Made by a program: the position numbers and the translations under genes. The notes beneath the pieces were generated by a model that saw only the letters and a program-made list of their open reading frames with translations, made no database searches and was not told where the DNA came from. DNA of 49,416 bases from Acidimicrobiia bacterium (GTDB lineage Bacteria; Actinomycetota; Acidimicrobiia; Acidimicrobiales; VFJN01): the NCBI GenBank assembly GCA_046537875.1, contig JBKHJZ010000004.1, positions 1 through 49,416 on the forward strand, read 5' to 3'. Below are positions 26,763 through 36,834 of the stretch, piece after piece; the first letter of the stretch is position 1, and the number at the start of each line of letters is the position of its first letter.

Positions 26763-28409
26763 ATGCCGCGCCCGCTGATCGCCCCGCCCCTGCGCTCCGC
26801 GCTCGACACGACGGGCGAGGCGTTCGAGCGCAACCGGGCAGACATGCTCGAGCAGCTCGTCGAGATCGACGACCTCCTCGACCGGGCGGAGGCCGGCGGT
26901 GGGCCGGCCGCCATGGAGCGGATGCGCTCGCGGGGCAAGCTGCCCATCCGGGAGCGCATCGCCAACGTGCTCGACCCCGACAGCCCCTTCCTCGAGATCA
27001 GCGCCCTCGCCGGCTACGGCTCCGACTACGCGCTGGGGGGCGGGATGGTCGTCGGTGTGGGGGTGATCGCCGGCACCGAGTGCGTGGTGATGGGCAACGA
27101 CCCCTCCGTGCTCGGCGGGGCGCTCACCCCCTACGCGCTGAAGAAGTGGATGCGAGCCATCGAGATCGCCCGCGACAACCGGATCCCGTATGTGAGCTTC
27201 GTGGAGTCCGCCGGAGCCGACCTGCGGGTGCCGACCGGCGGCGACGGCGGCGGGCGGCGGGCACGCACCGAGCACTTCGCCGAGAGCGGCCGGTCGTTCT
27301 ACGAGATGATCGAGCTGTCGAAGCTCGGCATCCCCACGGTGTGCGTGGTCTTCGGCTCGTCGACCGCGGGAGGCGCCTACCAGCCCGGCCTCTCCGACTA
27401 CGTGATCGTGGTGAGGGAGCGGTCGAAGATCTTCCTGGCCGGACCGCCGCTGGTGAAGATGGCAACGGGCGAGGTGAGCGACGACGAGACGCTCGGCGGC
27501 GCGCAGCTCCACGCCGAGGTGTCCGGCCTCGGGGACTACTTCGCCGAGGACGAGATGGACGCCCTCCGCATGTGCCGGCAGGTGGTGTCGCACCTCAACT
27601 GGCGCAAGCCGGGCCCGGAGGCGCAGCCCCACCCCGACGAGCCCCTCCAGGACCCCGAGGAGCTGCTCGGCCTGGTGAGCCGCGACCTGCGGCAACCGGT
27701 CGACGTGCGCGACGTGATCGCCCGGGTCGTCGACGGGTCGCGCTTCGAGGAGTTCAAGGAGCGCTACGGGTCGACGATGATCTGCGGCTGGGCGGAGATC
27801 CACGGGTACCCCGTCGGGATCCTCGGCAACAACGGGGTGATCTACCCGGAGGGGTCCGAGAAGGCGGGCCACTTCATCCAGCTGTGCAACCAGGTGGACG
27901 TGCCGCTGCTCTTCCTCCAGAACATCACCGGCTACATGGTCGGCCGGGACTACGAGGCCGCCGGGATCATCAAGAAGGGCTCGCAGATGATCAACGCGGT
28001 CAGCAACTCGACCGTGCCGCATCTCACGGTGATCATCGGCTCGTCGTACGGCGCAGGCACGTACGGCATGTCGGGGCGGGCCTACGGCAACCGCTTCACG
28101 TTCCTCTGGCCCACCGCGAAGATCGCCGTGATGGGGCCCAAGCAGATCGCCGGGGTGATGTCGCAGGTGCGCCGCGGCCAGGCGGCCCGCAAGGGGATCG
28201 AGTTCGACGAGGAGGAGGACGCCCGGATCGTGGCCGCCGTCGAGGAGGCGCAGGAGAAGGGGTCGCTCGCGCTCGTGGCCACCGGGGCGGTGAGCGACGA
28301 CGGGATCATCGACCCGCGCGACACCCGCACGGTGCTCGGCATGTGCCTCTCGGTGGTGCGCAACCGGCCGATCGAGGGCGCACGCGGATACGGGGTTTTC
28401 CGGCTGTGA
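26763..28409 (+). CDS. Acyl-CoA carboxylase carboxyltransferase subunit (AtuC/AccD2-like)
   Basis: RGKLPIRERI, FVESAGADL, GSSTAGGAY, FLAGPPLVK, LFLQNITGYMVG, SYGAG, DDGIIDPRDTR; ATG 26763 preferred to GTG 26751. Confidence 0.93.
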   Translation: MPRPLIAPPLRSALDTTGEAFERNRADMLEQLVEIDDLLDRAEAGGGPAAMERMRSRGKLPIRERIANVLDPDSPFLEISALAGYGSDYALGGGMVVGVGVIAGTECVVMGNDPSVLGGALTPYALKKWMRAIEIARDNRIPYVSFVESAGADLRVPTGGDGGGRRARTEHFAESGRSFYEMIELSKLGIPTVCVVFGSSTAGGAYQPGLSDYVIVVRERSKIFLAGPPLVKMATGEVSDDETLGGAQLHAEVSGLGDYFAEDEMDALRMCRQVVSHLNWRKPGPEAQPHPDEPLQDPEELLGLVSRDLRQPVDVRDVIARVVDGSRFEEFKERYGSTMICGWAEIHGYPVGILGNNGVIYPEGSEKAGHFIQLCNQVDVPLLFLQNITGYMVGRDYEAAGIIKKGSQMINAVSNSTVPHLTVIIGSSYGAGTYGMSGRAYGNRFTFLWPTAKIAVMGPKQIAGVMSQVRRGQAARKGIEFDEEEDARIVAAVEEAQEKGSLALVATGAVSDDGIIDPRDTRTVLGMCLSVVRNRPIEGARGYGVFRL

Positions 28410-30376
28410 CCGATCCCCACCCAGCACCGCTCACGTCGGTGCTCGTCGCCAATCGGGGGGAGATCGCCCGCCGGGTGTTCCGCACGGCGCGGACGATGGG
28501 TCTACGGTGCGTCGCCGTCTACGCCGACGCCGATGCGGACAGCCCGTTCGTCGCCGACGCCGACGAGGCCGTGCGCCTGCCCGAGAGGTACCTCGACGGG
28601 GCGTCCATCGTGGCTGCGGCCACGGCGACCGGCGCCGACGCGGTCCACCCGGGCTACGGCTTCCTGGCCGAGAGCCCGGCGTTCGCGACCGAGGTCACGG
28701 ACGCCGGGCTCACGTGGGTGGGGCCGCCGGCCGACGTCATCGCCGCGATGGGCGACAAGCTGGCCGCCAAGCGGGCGGCGCAGGAGGCCGGGGTGCCCAC
28801 GCTGCGCTCGTCCGACGACCCCACCGACGACGGGGGGATGGGGTACCCGCTGCTCGTCAAGGCGGTCGCCGGCGGCGGGGGCACCGGCATGCGTCTGGTG
28901 GGATCGCCCGGCGACCTCGCCGAGGCGGTCGCGGCCGCCCGTCGGGAGGCCGCCGGCGCGTTCGGCGACGACCGGGTGTTCCTCGAGCAGTACGTGCCGC
29001 GGGCCCGCCACGTCGAGATCCAGGTGCTCGGCGACGCCCACGGCGGCCTGGTCCACCTCGGGGAGCGCGAGTGCTCGATCCAGCGCCGCCACCAGAAGGT
29101 CGTCGAGGAGTCCCCGTCGCCGGTGGTCGGCGCCGACCTTCGCGCCGCCATGGGCGACGCGGCGCTGCGCCTGGCCCGGGCGATCGGCTACCGGTCCGCC
29201 GGGACCGTGGAGTTCCTCCTCGACGACGACACCCACGAGTTCTACTTCCTCGAGGTCAACACCCGCCTCCAGGTCGAGCACCCTGTCACCGAGGAGGTGA
29301 CCGGCATCGACCTGGTGCGGGAGCAGTTCCGCATCGCGGCCGGTGAGCCCCTCGGCTACGGCCGCGAGGCGATCTCGTTCGCCGGCCACGCCATCGAGGC
29401 CCGCCTCTACGCCGAGGACCCGGCCGCCGGGTTCCTGCCGTCCACCGGCAGGCTCGCCGCCTTCACCCCGGCGGAGGAGCCCGCCGTCCGCTGGGAGTCG
29501 GGTGTGCGGGCCGGCGGGGCGGTGGGCGTCGAGTTCGACCCGCTGCTGGCGAAGGTCATCGCCCACGGTCCGACGCGGGCGGAAGCGGCCGGCCGGCTGG
29601 CGCTGGCGCTCGAACGGCTCCACGTCGCCGGGCTGACCACCAACCGGGACCTGCTCGCGTCAACGCTCCGCCATCCGGCCTTCCTGGCCGGCGACACGAC
29701 CACCGACTTCCTCGAGCGAGTCGCACCCGCCCCCGCGCTCGAGCTCGACGACGCCGAGCTCACCCGGGCCGCCACGCTGGCCGCGCTCTGGGTGCAGGAG
29801 CAGCACCGGGCGCGGTCGCCCGTGCTCGGCTCGATCCCGAGCGGCTGGCGCAACGGGCGGCTCCCTGCCCAGCGGGCGGTGCTCGCCCACGGCGACCGCA
29901 CGGTCGAGGTGCGCTACGCCTCTCGCCGTGACGGGTCGTTTGCCCTGCACGGCGGCGGCAGCGCCCGGGTCCACGCCTGGTCGGACGCGGGCATCGATGC
30001 CGAGATCGACGGCCGGCGGGTCGCTGCGCAGATCACGCGGGCCGCCGGACGCCTGCACGTCCAGACGACGCGGGGCACGGTGGTGCTCGACGAGGTCCCG
30101 CGCTTCAGGATGCCCGGGGCGACCGCTGCGGCGGGCGGGTTGGCGGCGCCGATGCCCGGCGTCGTGCTCGACGTGCGCTGCGAGCCGGGCGACCACGTGG
30201 AGGCCGGCCGGACCCTGGTGGTGCTCGAGGCGATGAAGATGGAGCACCACGTACAGGCGCCCGCCGACGGCGTCGTGACCGAGGTGAGGGTCGCCAAGGG
30301 CGAGCACGTCGAGAACGGCACCGTGCTGCTCGTGCTCGGGTCGCCTGACGACGAGGCCGGAGGGGAGCCGTCCTGA
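28406..30376 (+). CDS. Acyl-CoA carboxylase biotin carboxylase / biotin carrier subunit (AtuF/AccA2-like)
   Basis: VLVANRGEIA, HPGYGFLAE, ERECSIQRRHQK, EVNTRLQVEHPVTE, biotinyl motif EAMKM; GTGA overlap. Confidence 0.95.
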   Translation: MTDPHPAPLTSVLVANRGEIARRVFRTARTMGLRCVAVYADADADSPFVADADEAVRLPERYLDGASIVAAATATGADAVHPGYGFLAESPAFATEVTDAGLTWVGPPADVIAAMGDKLAAKRAAQEAGVPTLRSSDDPTDDGGMGYPLLVKAVAGGGGTGMRLVGSPGDLAEAVAAARREAAGAFGDDRVFLEQYVPRARHVEIQVLGDAHGGLVHLGERECSIQRRHQKVVEESPSPVVGADLRAAMGDAALRLARAIGYRSAGTVEFLLDDDTHEFYFLEVNTRLQVEHPVTEEVTGIDLVREQFRIAAGEPLGYGREAISFAGHAIEARLYAEDPAAGFLPSTGRLAAFTPAEEPAVRWESGVRAGGAVGVEFDPLLAKVIAHGPTRAEAAGRLALALERLHVAGLTTNRDLLASTLRHPAFLAGDTTTDFLERVAPAPALELDDAELTRAATLAALWVQEQHRARSPVLGSIPSGWRNGRLPAQRAVLAHGDRTVEVRYASRRDGSFALHGGGSARVHAWSDAGIDAEIDGRRVAAQITRAAGRLHVQTTRGTVVLDEVPRFRMPGATAAAGGLAAPMPGVVLDVRCEPGDHVEAGRTLVVLEAMKMEHHVQAPADGVVTEVRVAKGEHVENGTVLLVLGSPDDEAGGEPS

Positions 30377-32244
30377 TGGCCACCCCGGACGCCACCGGTG
30401 CGCGGCAGGACTCCCCGGCCCCGGAGCCGTCGCGTCCGGGCCGTGAGCCGGTCCGGATCGCCAACTGCTCGGGGTTCTACGGCGACCGCCTCGCGGCCGC
30501 CCGCGAGATGGTGGAGGGCGGCCCGATCGACGTGCTCACCGGTGACTGGCTGGCCGAGCTGACGATGCTGATCCTGGCGCGCAGGCGGGCGAAGCGCCCC
30601 GGCGGCGGGTACGCCCGCAGCTTCATCACGCAGATGGAGCAGGTCATGGGCACCTGCCTCGACCGGGGCATCAAGGTGGTGTCGAACGCCGGCGGCCTCG
30701 ACCCCGGCGGTTGCGCCGAGGCTGTGGCCGAGGTGGCCGACCGGCTGGGGCTCTCGCCCGCGATCGCCTACGTCGAGGGGGACGACCTGCTGTCGCGACT
30801 CGACGAGCTGCTCGCGGCCGGCGTCGACCTCACCCACGCCGGGACCGGTGAGTCGCTCGCCGACTCCTCGCGGTTCATCAGCGCCAACGCCTACCTCGGC
30901 TGCTGGGGCATCGTCGCGGCGCTCGACCGCGGTGCCGACATCGTCGTGACCGGGCGGACCACCGACGCGGCCGTCGCCTGCGGCCCGGCGGCCTGGCACC
31001 ACGGGTGGGCCCGGGACGACTGGGACGCGCTGGCGGGCGCGGTGGTCGCCGGCCACGTCATCGAGTGCGGCCCCCAGGCGACCGGCGGCAACTACTCGTT
31101 CTTCACCGAGGTCCCCGGCATGGCCCGCACGGGGTTCCCCTGGGCCGAGGTCGCGGCCGACGGATCGTCGGTGATCGGGAAGCACGAGGGGACCGGCGGC
31201 GAGGTGTCGATCGGCACCGTCACGTCCCAGCTGCTCTACGAGATCGACGGCCCGGCGTACCTGGGCCCGGACGTCACCGCGCGCTTCGACACGGTGCTGC
31301 TCGGGGAGGTCGGCGCCGACCGGGTGCGCATCCACGGCACCCGGGGCGAGCCGCCGCCGCCCACGCTCAAGGTCGCGATGAACGAGCTGGGCGGCTTCCG
31401 CAACGACATCGGGGTGGCGCTCACCGGGCTCGACATCGAGGCCAAGGCCGAGCTCGTGGAGGAGGCCTTCTGGGAGGCGTGCCCCTACCGGCCCGAGGAC
31501 TTCGCCTCGGTCACCACGCACCTGGCACGCACCGACAAGCCGGACCCCGCGTCCAACGAGGAGGCGGTCGCCATCTGGCGGCTCACCGTGAAGGACCCCG
31601 ACGAGCGCAGGGTGGGCCGGGCGGTGTCGAACGCGATGGTGGAGCTGGGGCTGGCGACGATCCCGGGCTTCTTCGGGGTGAGCGGCGGGCCGGGGGAGGG
31701 GCGACCCTACGGCGTGTACCGGCCGGCGCTGGTGCCTGCCGACCTGGTGCCCCAGCACGTGGTGGTCCTCGGAGGAGAGCGGACGGTCGTGGAGCCGGTG
31801 GCGTCGGCCGGCGAGGTGACGGTCACGCCGGCGCCCGGACCGTCGGCGGAGGCGCCCGGCGGTCCGACGGCGGCCGCCCCGATCGGCCGGGTGATCGGCG
31901 CCCGGTCGGGCGACAAGGGCGGCAACGCCAACCTCGGCGTCTTCGCCCGCAGCGATGCGGCGTGGGCGTGGCTCGACGGCTTCCTGACAGTGGACCGGCT
32001 GCGCTCTCTGCTGCCGGAGACCGCGGATCTCGCCGTCGACCGCTTCCGCCTCCCGGCGTTGCGCTCGCTCAACTTCGTGATCCACGGGCTGCTGCAGGAG
32101 GGGGTGGCGGCGTCGACCCGCCAGGATCGCCAGGCCAAGAGCCTCGGCGAGTGGTTGCGGGCCAGGGTCGTCGACGTGCCCGCCGCGCTGCTGCCCGGCG
32201 ACGAGGGGGCGCTCGTGCTGCCGCGGGACCCGAGGCCGGCATGA
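30376..32244 (+). CDS. atuA: Acyclic terpene utilization AtuA family protein
   Basis: RIANCSGFYGDR, DWLAELTM, NAGGLDP, SANAYLG, GHVIECG, QLLYEI, ARSGDKGG, DRQAKSLGE. Confidence 0.9.
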   Translation: MATPDATGARQDSPAPEPSRPGREPVRIANCSGFYGDRLAAAREMVEGGPIDVLTGDWLAELTMLILARRRAKRPGGGYARSFITQMEQVMGTCLDRGIKVVSNAGGLDPGGCAEAVAEVADRLGLSPAIAYVEGDDLLSRLDELLAAGVDLTHAGTGESLADSSRFISANAYLGCWGIVAALDRGADIVVTGRTTDAAVACGPAAWHHGWARDDWDALAGAVVAGHVIECGPQATGGNYSFFTEVPGMARTGFPWAEVAADGSSVIGKHEGTGGEVSIGTVTSQLLYEIDGPAYLGPDVTARFDTVLLGEVGADRVRIHGTRGEPPPPTLKVAMNELGGFRNDIGVALTGLDIEAKAELVEEAFWEACPYRPEDFASVTTHLARTDKPDPASNEEAVAIWRLTVKDPDERRVGRAVSNAMVELGLATIPGFFGVSGGPGEGRPYGVYRPALVPADLVPQHVVVLGGERTVVEPVASAGEVTVTPAPGPSAEAPGGPTAAAPIGRVIGARSGDKGGNANLGVFARSDAAWAWLDGFLTVDRLRSLLPETADLAVDRFRLPALRSLNFVIHGLLQEGVAASTRQDRQAKSLGEWLRARVVDVPAALLPGDEGALVLPRDPRPA

Positions 32245-32945
32245 CGCCGGCGGTCTCCCTCGCAGCGGACGAGATCCAGTGCCGGCTGCGGGCCGTGCCG
32301 CGCCCGCCGGCCGTGCTCGACCGCCGGCGGGAGCGAGCGCTGACCGACCGGCAGCGTGAGCTGCTCGACCAGATGGAGCACGTGTTCGCGGGCGGGTTCG
32401 CGGAGCTGACCATGGCCGGGCTGGCGGCCCGCCTCAACTGCTCGCTCCGCACGCTCTACAGCCTCGCCCCGAGCCGCGACGAGCTGGTGCTCGCCGTGGT
32501 CGACCGCCACCTCTGGCGCGTCGGCCGCGAGGCGCGCGACGCCATCGGTCCGGCGCTCTCGCCGCTGGACGCCGTGCGGGCCTACCTGGAGGCGGCGACG
32601 GTGGCGGTGAGCGGTTGGTCGCTCGCGTTCGCCCGGGACCTCGCCACCGTGCCTGCCGCCCGGCGCCTGGAGGACGGCCACAACCGGTACCTGTTCGACG
32701 TGACCCGCACGCTGCTCGAGCTCGCCGTCGAGCGCGGCGACATCGCGGAGGTCGACACCTCGGCGGTCGCGCGGGTGCTCGCCGGGCTCGGGCGGTTCTT
32801 CTCGCAGCCCGAGGTGATCCCCACGCTGCGGTCGTCGCCGAAGGAGGCCGCCGACGAGGTGGTCGACCTGGTGCTCCGGGGCCTGCGGGTGCCCCCCGGC
32901 GGGCGGCCGACCGAGCCCCTTTCCCACCACCGAGGAGCGCCATGA
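32241..32945 (+). CDS. TetR/AcrR family transcriptional regulator
   Basis: GFAELTMAGLAARLNCSLRTLYSLAPSRDEL HTH; ATGA overlaps at both ends. Confidence 0.85.
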   Translation: MTPAVSLAADEIQCRLRAVPRPPAVLDRRRERALTDRQRELLDQMEHVFAGGFAELTMAGLAARLNCSLRTLYSLAPSRDELVLAVVDRHLWRVGREARDAIGPALSPLDAVRAYLEAATVAVSGWSLAFARDLATVPAARRLEDGHNRYLFDVTRTLLELAVERGDIAEVDTSAVARVLAGLGRFFSQPEVIPTLRSSPKEAADEVVDLVLRGLRVPPGGRPTEPLSHHRGAP

Positions 32946-33727
32946 CCACCGTCCGCGAGGTTGCGTCCGACCTGCGCACCGAGCAGGAGGCCCTCGATGC
33001 GATCGTCGCCGGCCTGGCCGACGAGCAGTGGGGGCTGCCGACGCCGAGCCCGGGGTGGACGGTGGCCGACCAGATCGGCCATCTCACCTACTTCGACGGC
33101 GCCGCCGCCACCGCGATCACCGACCCCGACGCCTTCGCCGCCTCGGTCGGCGAGCTTCTCGCGTCGCCCGCCGAGGTCGATGCCCGGACGTTGCACCGCC
33201 ACCTGCGGCCGCGGGAGCTGCTCGCCGCGTGGCGGGACGGCCGGGAGCGCCTCGCCCGGGCGGCGGAGACCCTCGGCGACGACACCCGCGTGGCCTGGTA
33301 CGGACCGTCCATGGGCGCGCGGTCGTTCCTGACCGCCCGGCTCATGGAGTGCTGGGCCCACGGCCACGATGTGGCGGACGCCGTGGGGGCCGAGCTACCG
33401 GCAACCGGCCGGCTCCGCCACGTCGCCCGGCTCGGGGTGATGACCCGGGCCTGGTCGTACGCCAACCGGGGGATCGAGGTGCCCGCCGGTGACGTGCGGG
33501 TCGAGCTGACCGGCCCCGCTGGCGAGCGGTGGGAGTTCGGGCCCGAGGACGCCGGCGAGGCCGTGACCGGCCCGGCTCTGGACTTCTGCCTGGTCGTCAC
33601 CCAGCGGCGCCACGTCGACGACACCCGGCTGCGCGTCACCGGCGAGGTCGCCCGCGACTGGTTGGTCAGGGCGCAGGCCTTCGCCGGTCCCCCCACCGAC
33701 GGCCCGGCCGCGAGGAGCAGGGCCTGA
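32942..33727 (+). CDS. TIGR03084-like metal-binding protein (DinB / mycothiol-dependent maleylpyruvate isomerase superfamily)
   Basis: TPSPGWTVADQIGHL, WYGPSM, ARLMECWAHGHDV, LRHVA, DFCLVVTQRRH, AQAFAGPP. Confidence 0.85.
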   Translation: MTTVREVASDLRTEQEALDAIVAGLADEQWGLPTPSPGWTVADQIGHLTYFDGAAATAITDPDAFAASVGELLASPAEVDARTLHRHLRPRELLAAWRDGRERLARAAETLGDDTRVAWYGPSMGARSFLTARLMECWAHGHDVADAVGAELPATGRLRHVARLGVMTRAWSYANRGIEVPAGDVRVELTGPAGERWEFGPEDAGEAVTGPALDFCLVVTQRRHVDDTRLRVTGEVARDWLVRAQAFAGPPTDGPAARSRA

Positions 33728-34515
33728 TGGCGGCGGTCGAGACCGAGCTGGCCGGCGGCGTGCTCACGGTGACCCTCGCCGACGAGGCCAACCGCAACGC
33801 GCTCGGGTCGACCCTGGTCGGCGAGCTGGTGGAGGCCCTCGACACGGCCGACGCCGATCCCGAGGTGCGGGTGGTGGTCCTCACCAACCGGGGAACCGTG
33901 TTCTGCGCCGGCGCGGACCTGTCGGAGCGGTCCTCCGGCGCCGGTCCCTCCGCCGTCCGCAACCCACAGGAGCTGTTCGGGCGGTTCGCCCGGTCGCCCA
34001 AGCCGTACGTCGGGCGCATCGCGGGGCACTGCGTGGCGGGCGGGATGGGGCTCGCCGCCGCCATGGACATCTCGTTCGCCGCCGAGAGTGCCCGGTTCGG
34101 CTTCACCGAGGTGCGGGTGGGCGTGGCGCCGGCCGTGATCTCGGTGGTGTGCCTGCCCAAGATGCGGGCCGCCGACGCCCGGGCCGCGTTCCTCCGGGGC
34201 AGCCGGTTCGGCGCCGCCGAGGCCGCCCGGATGGGCCTGATCACCGCCTCCGTCCCCGCCGACCGGCTCGACGGAGAGGTCGAGGCTGCGGTCACCGATC
34301 TGCTGGCGGGCGGACCGGAGGCGATCGCCGCGTCGAAGCGGCTGCTGGCCGAGGTGCCGGGCATGGCCGTGGACGACGCGTTTCGGTGGGCCGGCGAGCT
34401 CTCTGCCAGGCTCTTCGCCGGGGACGAGGCCGCGGAGGGCATGCGAGCATTCCGGGAGAAGCGACCGGCGGCGTGGGTGCCCCGGTCGCCGGAGACAGGA
34501 GGGGACGATGGCTGA
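33727..34515 (+). CDS. Enoyl-CoA hydratase (methylglutaconyl/isohexenylglutaconyl-CoA hydratase-like)
   Basis: NRNALG, VFCAGADL, GHCVAGGMGL, FTEVRVGVAPAVIS, EGMRAFREKRP. Confidence 0.88.
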   Translation: MAAVETELAGGVLTVTLADEANRNALGSTLVGELVEALDTADADPEVRVVVLTNRGTVFCAGADLSERSSGAGPSAVRNPQELFGRFARSPKPYVGRIAGHCVAGGMGLAAAMDISFAAESARFGFTEVRVGVAPAVISVVCLPKMRAADARAAFLRGSRFGAAEAARMGLITASVPADRLDGEVEAAVTDLLAGGPEAIAASKRLLAEVPGMAVDDAFRWAGELSARLFAGDEAAEGMRAFREKRPAAWVPRSPETGGDDG

Positions 34516-34915
34516 CACGGTTCCGCTGGTCGACTACCTGGTGCTGGGGGACGACCCGCACCTGGTGGCCAACGAGTGCACGGCGTGCGGGGCACGGTTC
34601 TTCGACCGGCGCAACGCCTGCGCGGCCTGCGGAGGCCGCGAGTTCCGTCAGGTCCGGGTGGCGAGCGAGGGGGAGCTGCGGTCATTCACGATCGTCTCCC
34701 ACGCCGCGCCGGGCATCCCGGTGCCGTACGTGGCCGGGGTCGTCGACTGCGACGGCACCAGCGTGCGGACCAACATCGTCAACGTGGAGGCGTCCCCCGA
34801 GCACGTGACGCTGGGCATGAAGGTCCGGCTCACCACGGTGCCCGTGGGCACCGACAGCACCGGTACCGAGGCGATCGGCTTCGGGTTCGAGCCCGTCGAG
34901 AACGGAGAGACGTGA
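34508..34915 (+). CDS. DUF35 Zn-ribbon/OB-fold protein
   Basis: CTACG...RNACAACG zinc ribbon, GELRSFTIV, VPYV, GMKVRL. Confidence 0.9.
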   Translation: MADTVPLVDYLVLGDDPHLVANECTACGARFFDRRNACAACGGREFRQVRVASEGELRSFTIVSHAAPGIPVPYVAGVVDCDGTSVRTNIVNVEASPEHVTLGMKVRLTTVPVGTDSTGTEAIGFGFEPVENGET

Positions 34916-36117
34916 TGGCGGAGGATGTCTGGATCCTCGGGATCCACATGACCAAGTTCGGCAAGCGCCCGGACCTCGACACGGTCGATCTGGCCGCCGA
35001 GGCGGCGCTGGGGGCGCTGGCCGACGGCGGCGTGATGATGAAGGACATCGGGGTGCTGGCCGCCGGCAACCTGATGGGCGCGTCGGCGGGCATCGGCCAG
35101 TCGCTCCAGAAGCAGATCGGCCAGACCGGCATCCCCGTGTACAACGTCGCCAACGCCTGCGCCACGGGCGCGACCGCGCTGCGCACCGCCATCATGGCGG
35201 TGAAGGCGGGCGAGACCGACATGGGTCTGGCGGTCGGCGTGGAGAAGCTGGCGGGAGCCGGGCTGCTGGCCGGCGGCTCCCGGCCGGCCGACGACGACAC
35301 GTGGACGCCGCGGGGCCGCTACGGCGCGGTCGCCCCCGTGGACGGCCGCATCGGCACCGAGACGATGCCGGGCGTCTTCGCGCAGGTGGGCATGGAGTAC
35401 GGCCACCGCTACGGCGGCACGACCTTCGAGCTGTTCGCGCGGATCAGCGAGAAGAACCACGCCCACTCCACCCTGAACCCGCTCGCCACCTACACGAAGC
35501 GGCTGTCGCTCGAGCAGATCATGGGCGACGTGATGATCGCCTACCCCAACACCCGGCCGATGTGCTCCGCGAACTGCGACGGCGGTGCCGCTGCGGTGGT
35601 GGTGTCGGACGCGAAGCTGCGCAGCCTGTCGGCCGAGCAGCGCCGCCGGGCCGTCAAGGTGTCGGCGTCGGTGCTCACCACCGATCCCTGGCGGGAGGGG
35701 TGCCAGGTGCTCCCCGACGTCAACACGCTCACCCGCGACGCGGCGACGCAGGCGTACGAGCGCGCGGGGGTGGGGCCCGAGGACCTCGACCTGGTGGAGC
35801 TGCACGACTGCTTCGCCACCGCCGAGCTGGTCCACTACGACAACCTGGGCCTCTGCGAGCCGGGTGGCGCCGTGGACTTCTTCGAGAGCGGCGCCCCGTG
35901 GCGCGACGGCCGGATGCCGGTCAACGTGTCGGGCGGCCTGCAGTCCAAGGGCCATCCCATCGCCGCCACCGGCATCGCCAACGTGTGGGAGATCAGCCAT
36001 CACCTGCGCGGCGAGGCCGGTGACCGACAGATCGAGGGTGCCCGGGTCGGGCTCGCCCACGTGATCGGTCTCGGCTCGGCGTGCGGCGTCCACATCCTGG
36101 AGCGCAGCGCCGCCTGA
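34915..36117 (+). CDS. Thiolase, SCP2/SCP-x type
   Basis: MTKFGK, NVANACATG, KNHAH, VELHDCF, NVSGGLQSKGHPIAATG. Confidence 0.92.
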   Translation: MAEDVWILGIHMTKFGKRPDLDTVDLAAEAALGALADGGVMMKDIGVLAAGNLMGASAGIGQSLQKQIGQTGIPVYNVANACATGATALRTAIMAVKAGETDMGLAVGVEKLAGAGLLAGGSRPADDDTWTPRGRYGAVAPVDGRIGTETMPGVFAQVGMEYGHRYGGTTFELFARISEKNHAHSTLNPLATYTKRLSLEQIMGDVMIAYPNTRPMCSANCDGGAAAVVVSDAKLRSLSAEQRRRAVKVSASVLTTDPWREGCQVLPDVNTLTRDAATQAYERAGVGPEDLDLVELHDCFATAELVHYDNLGLCEPGGAVDFFESGAPWRDGRMPVNVSGGLQSKGHPIAATGIANVWEISHHLRGEAGDRQIEGARVGLAHVIGLGSACGVHILERSAA

Positions 36118-36174
36118 CAGGGCGGCGGAGACGCACAGCCATCCCGCACGGCGTTCTGGCAGCGCTGGGTTCGC

Positions 36175-36798
36175 TCACTGCGACCCGCGGCTGCCAGAAC
36201 GGGGTCGTGGCGGGCGGAGGCCGTCGAGCAGGGCCCGGGTCCCGAGGTCCCAGCGGCGCTCGACCGACGCCTGCGATCGCCCGAGCCGGGACGCGCTCTC
36301 GGCGCCGGCGAGGCCGAGGGTGAGCGCCAGCACGACGTGCGCGATGTCGGTCGGATCGCCCTCCAGCTCGCCGGCGGCGACGCACCGGCGAACGCGGCCG
36401 ACGACGAACTCCCGCAGGGAGTCCCCGGCCCGGGCCTCCGGCGGCCCCGGATCGAAGTCGGCGAAGGGCCGGGAGAACATCACGTCCGCGAGGACCGGAT
36501 TCTCCCGCACGAACGACCGGATCACCTCGACCAGGTCGAGGAGATCGGCCACGGGGTCGCTCGACTCCGCGAGCGCGTCGAAGTCCCGCCGGAGCAGCCG
36601 GAAGCCCTCGAAGAAGACCTCGCGCACCAGGCCGGCCTTGTCGCCGAACAGCTCGTAGACGGCCGGGGTCGAGGTGGCGGCCCGCTCGGCGACCCTGCGG
36701 GTGGTGAACCCGGCGACGCCGTCCCGGGCGAGCATGTCGACGGCCACGTGCAGCACGCGATCCCGCAGCTCCGGCGTCCGCTGCTTGGTCCTGGGCAT
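36175..36798 (-). CDS. TetR/AcrR family transcriptional regulator
   Basis: GVAGFTTRRVAERAATSTPAVYELFGDKAGL HTH. Confidence 0.9.
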   Translation of the reverse strand: MPRTKQRTPELRDRVLHVAVDMLARDGVAGFTTRRVAERAATSTPAVYELFGDKAGLVREVFFEGFRLLRRDFDALAESSDPVADLLDLVEVIRSFVRENPVLADVMFSRPFADFDPGPPEARAGDSLREFVVGRVRRCVAAGELEGDPTDIAHVVLALTLGLAGAESASRLGRSQASVERRWDLGTRALLDGLRPPRPRSGSRGSQ

Positions 36799-36834
36799 GG
36801 CCGGGTCACCGGGCCGGCGGCGGGGTGCCCCGGC

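Noticed and set aside
26723-30376. 1217-aa carboxylase fusion suggested by the ORF track
   Set aside because: The N-terminal half is an off-frame read of the carboxyltransferase gene; the real gene starts at GTG 28406, overlapping the upstream stop.
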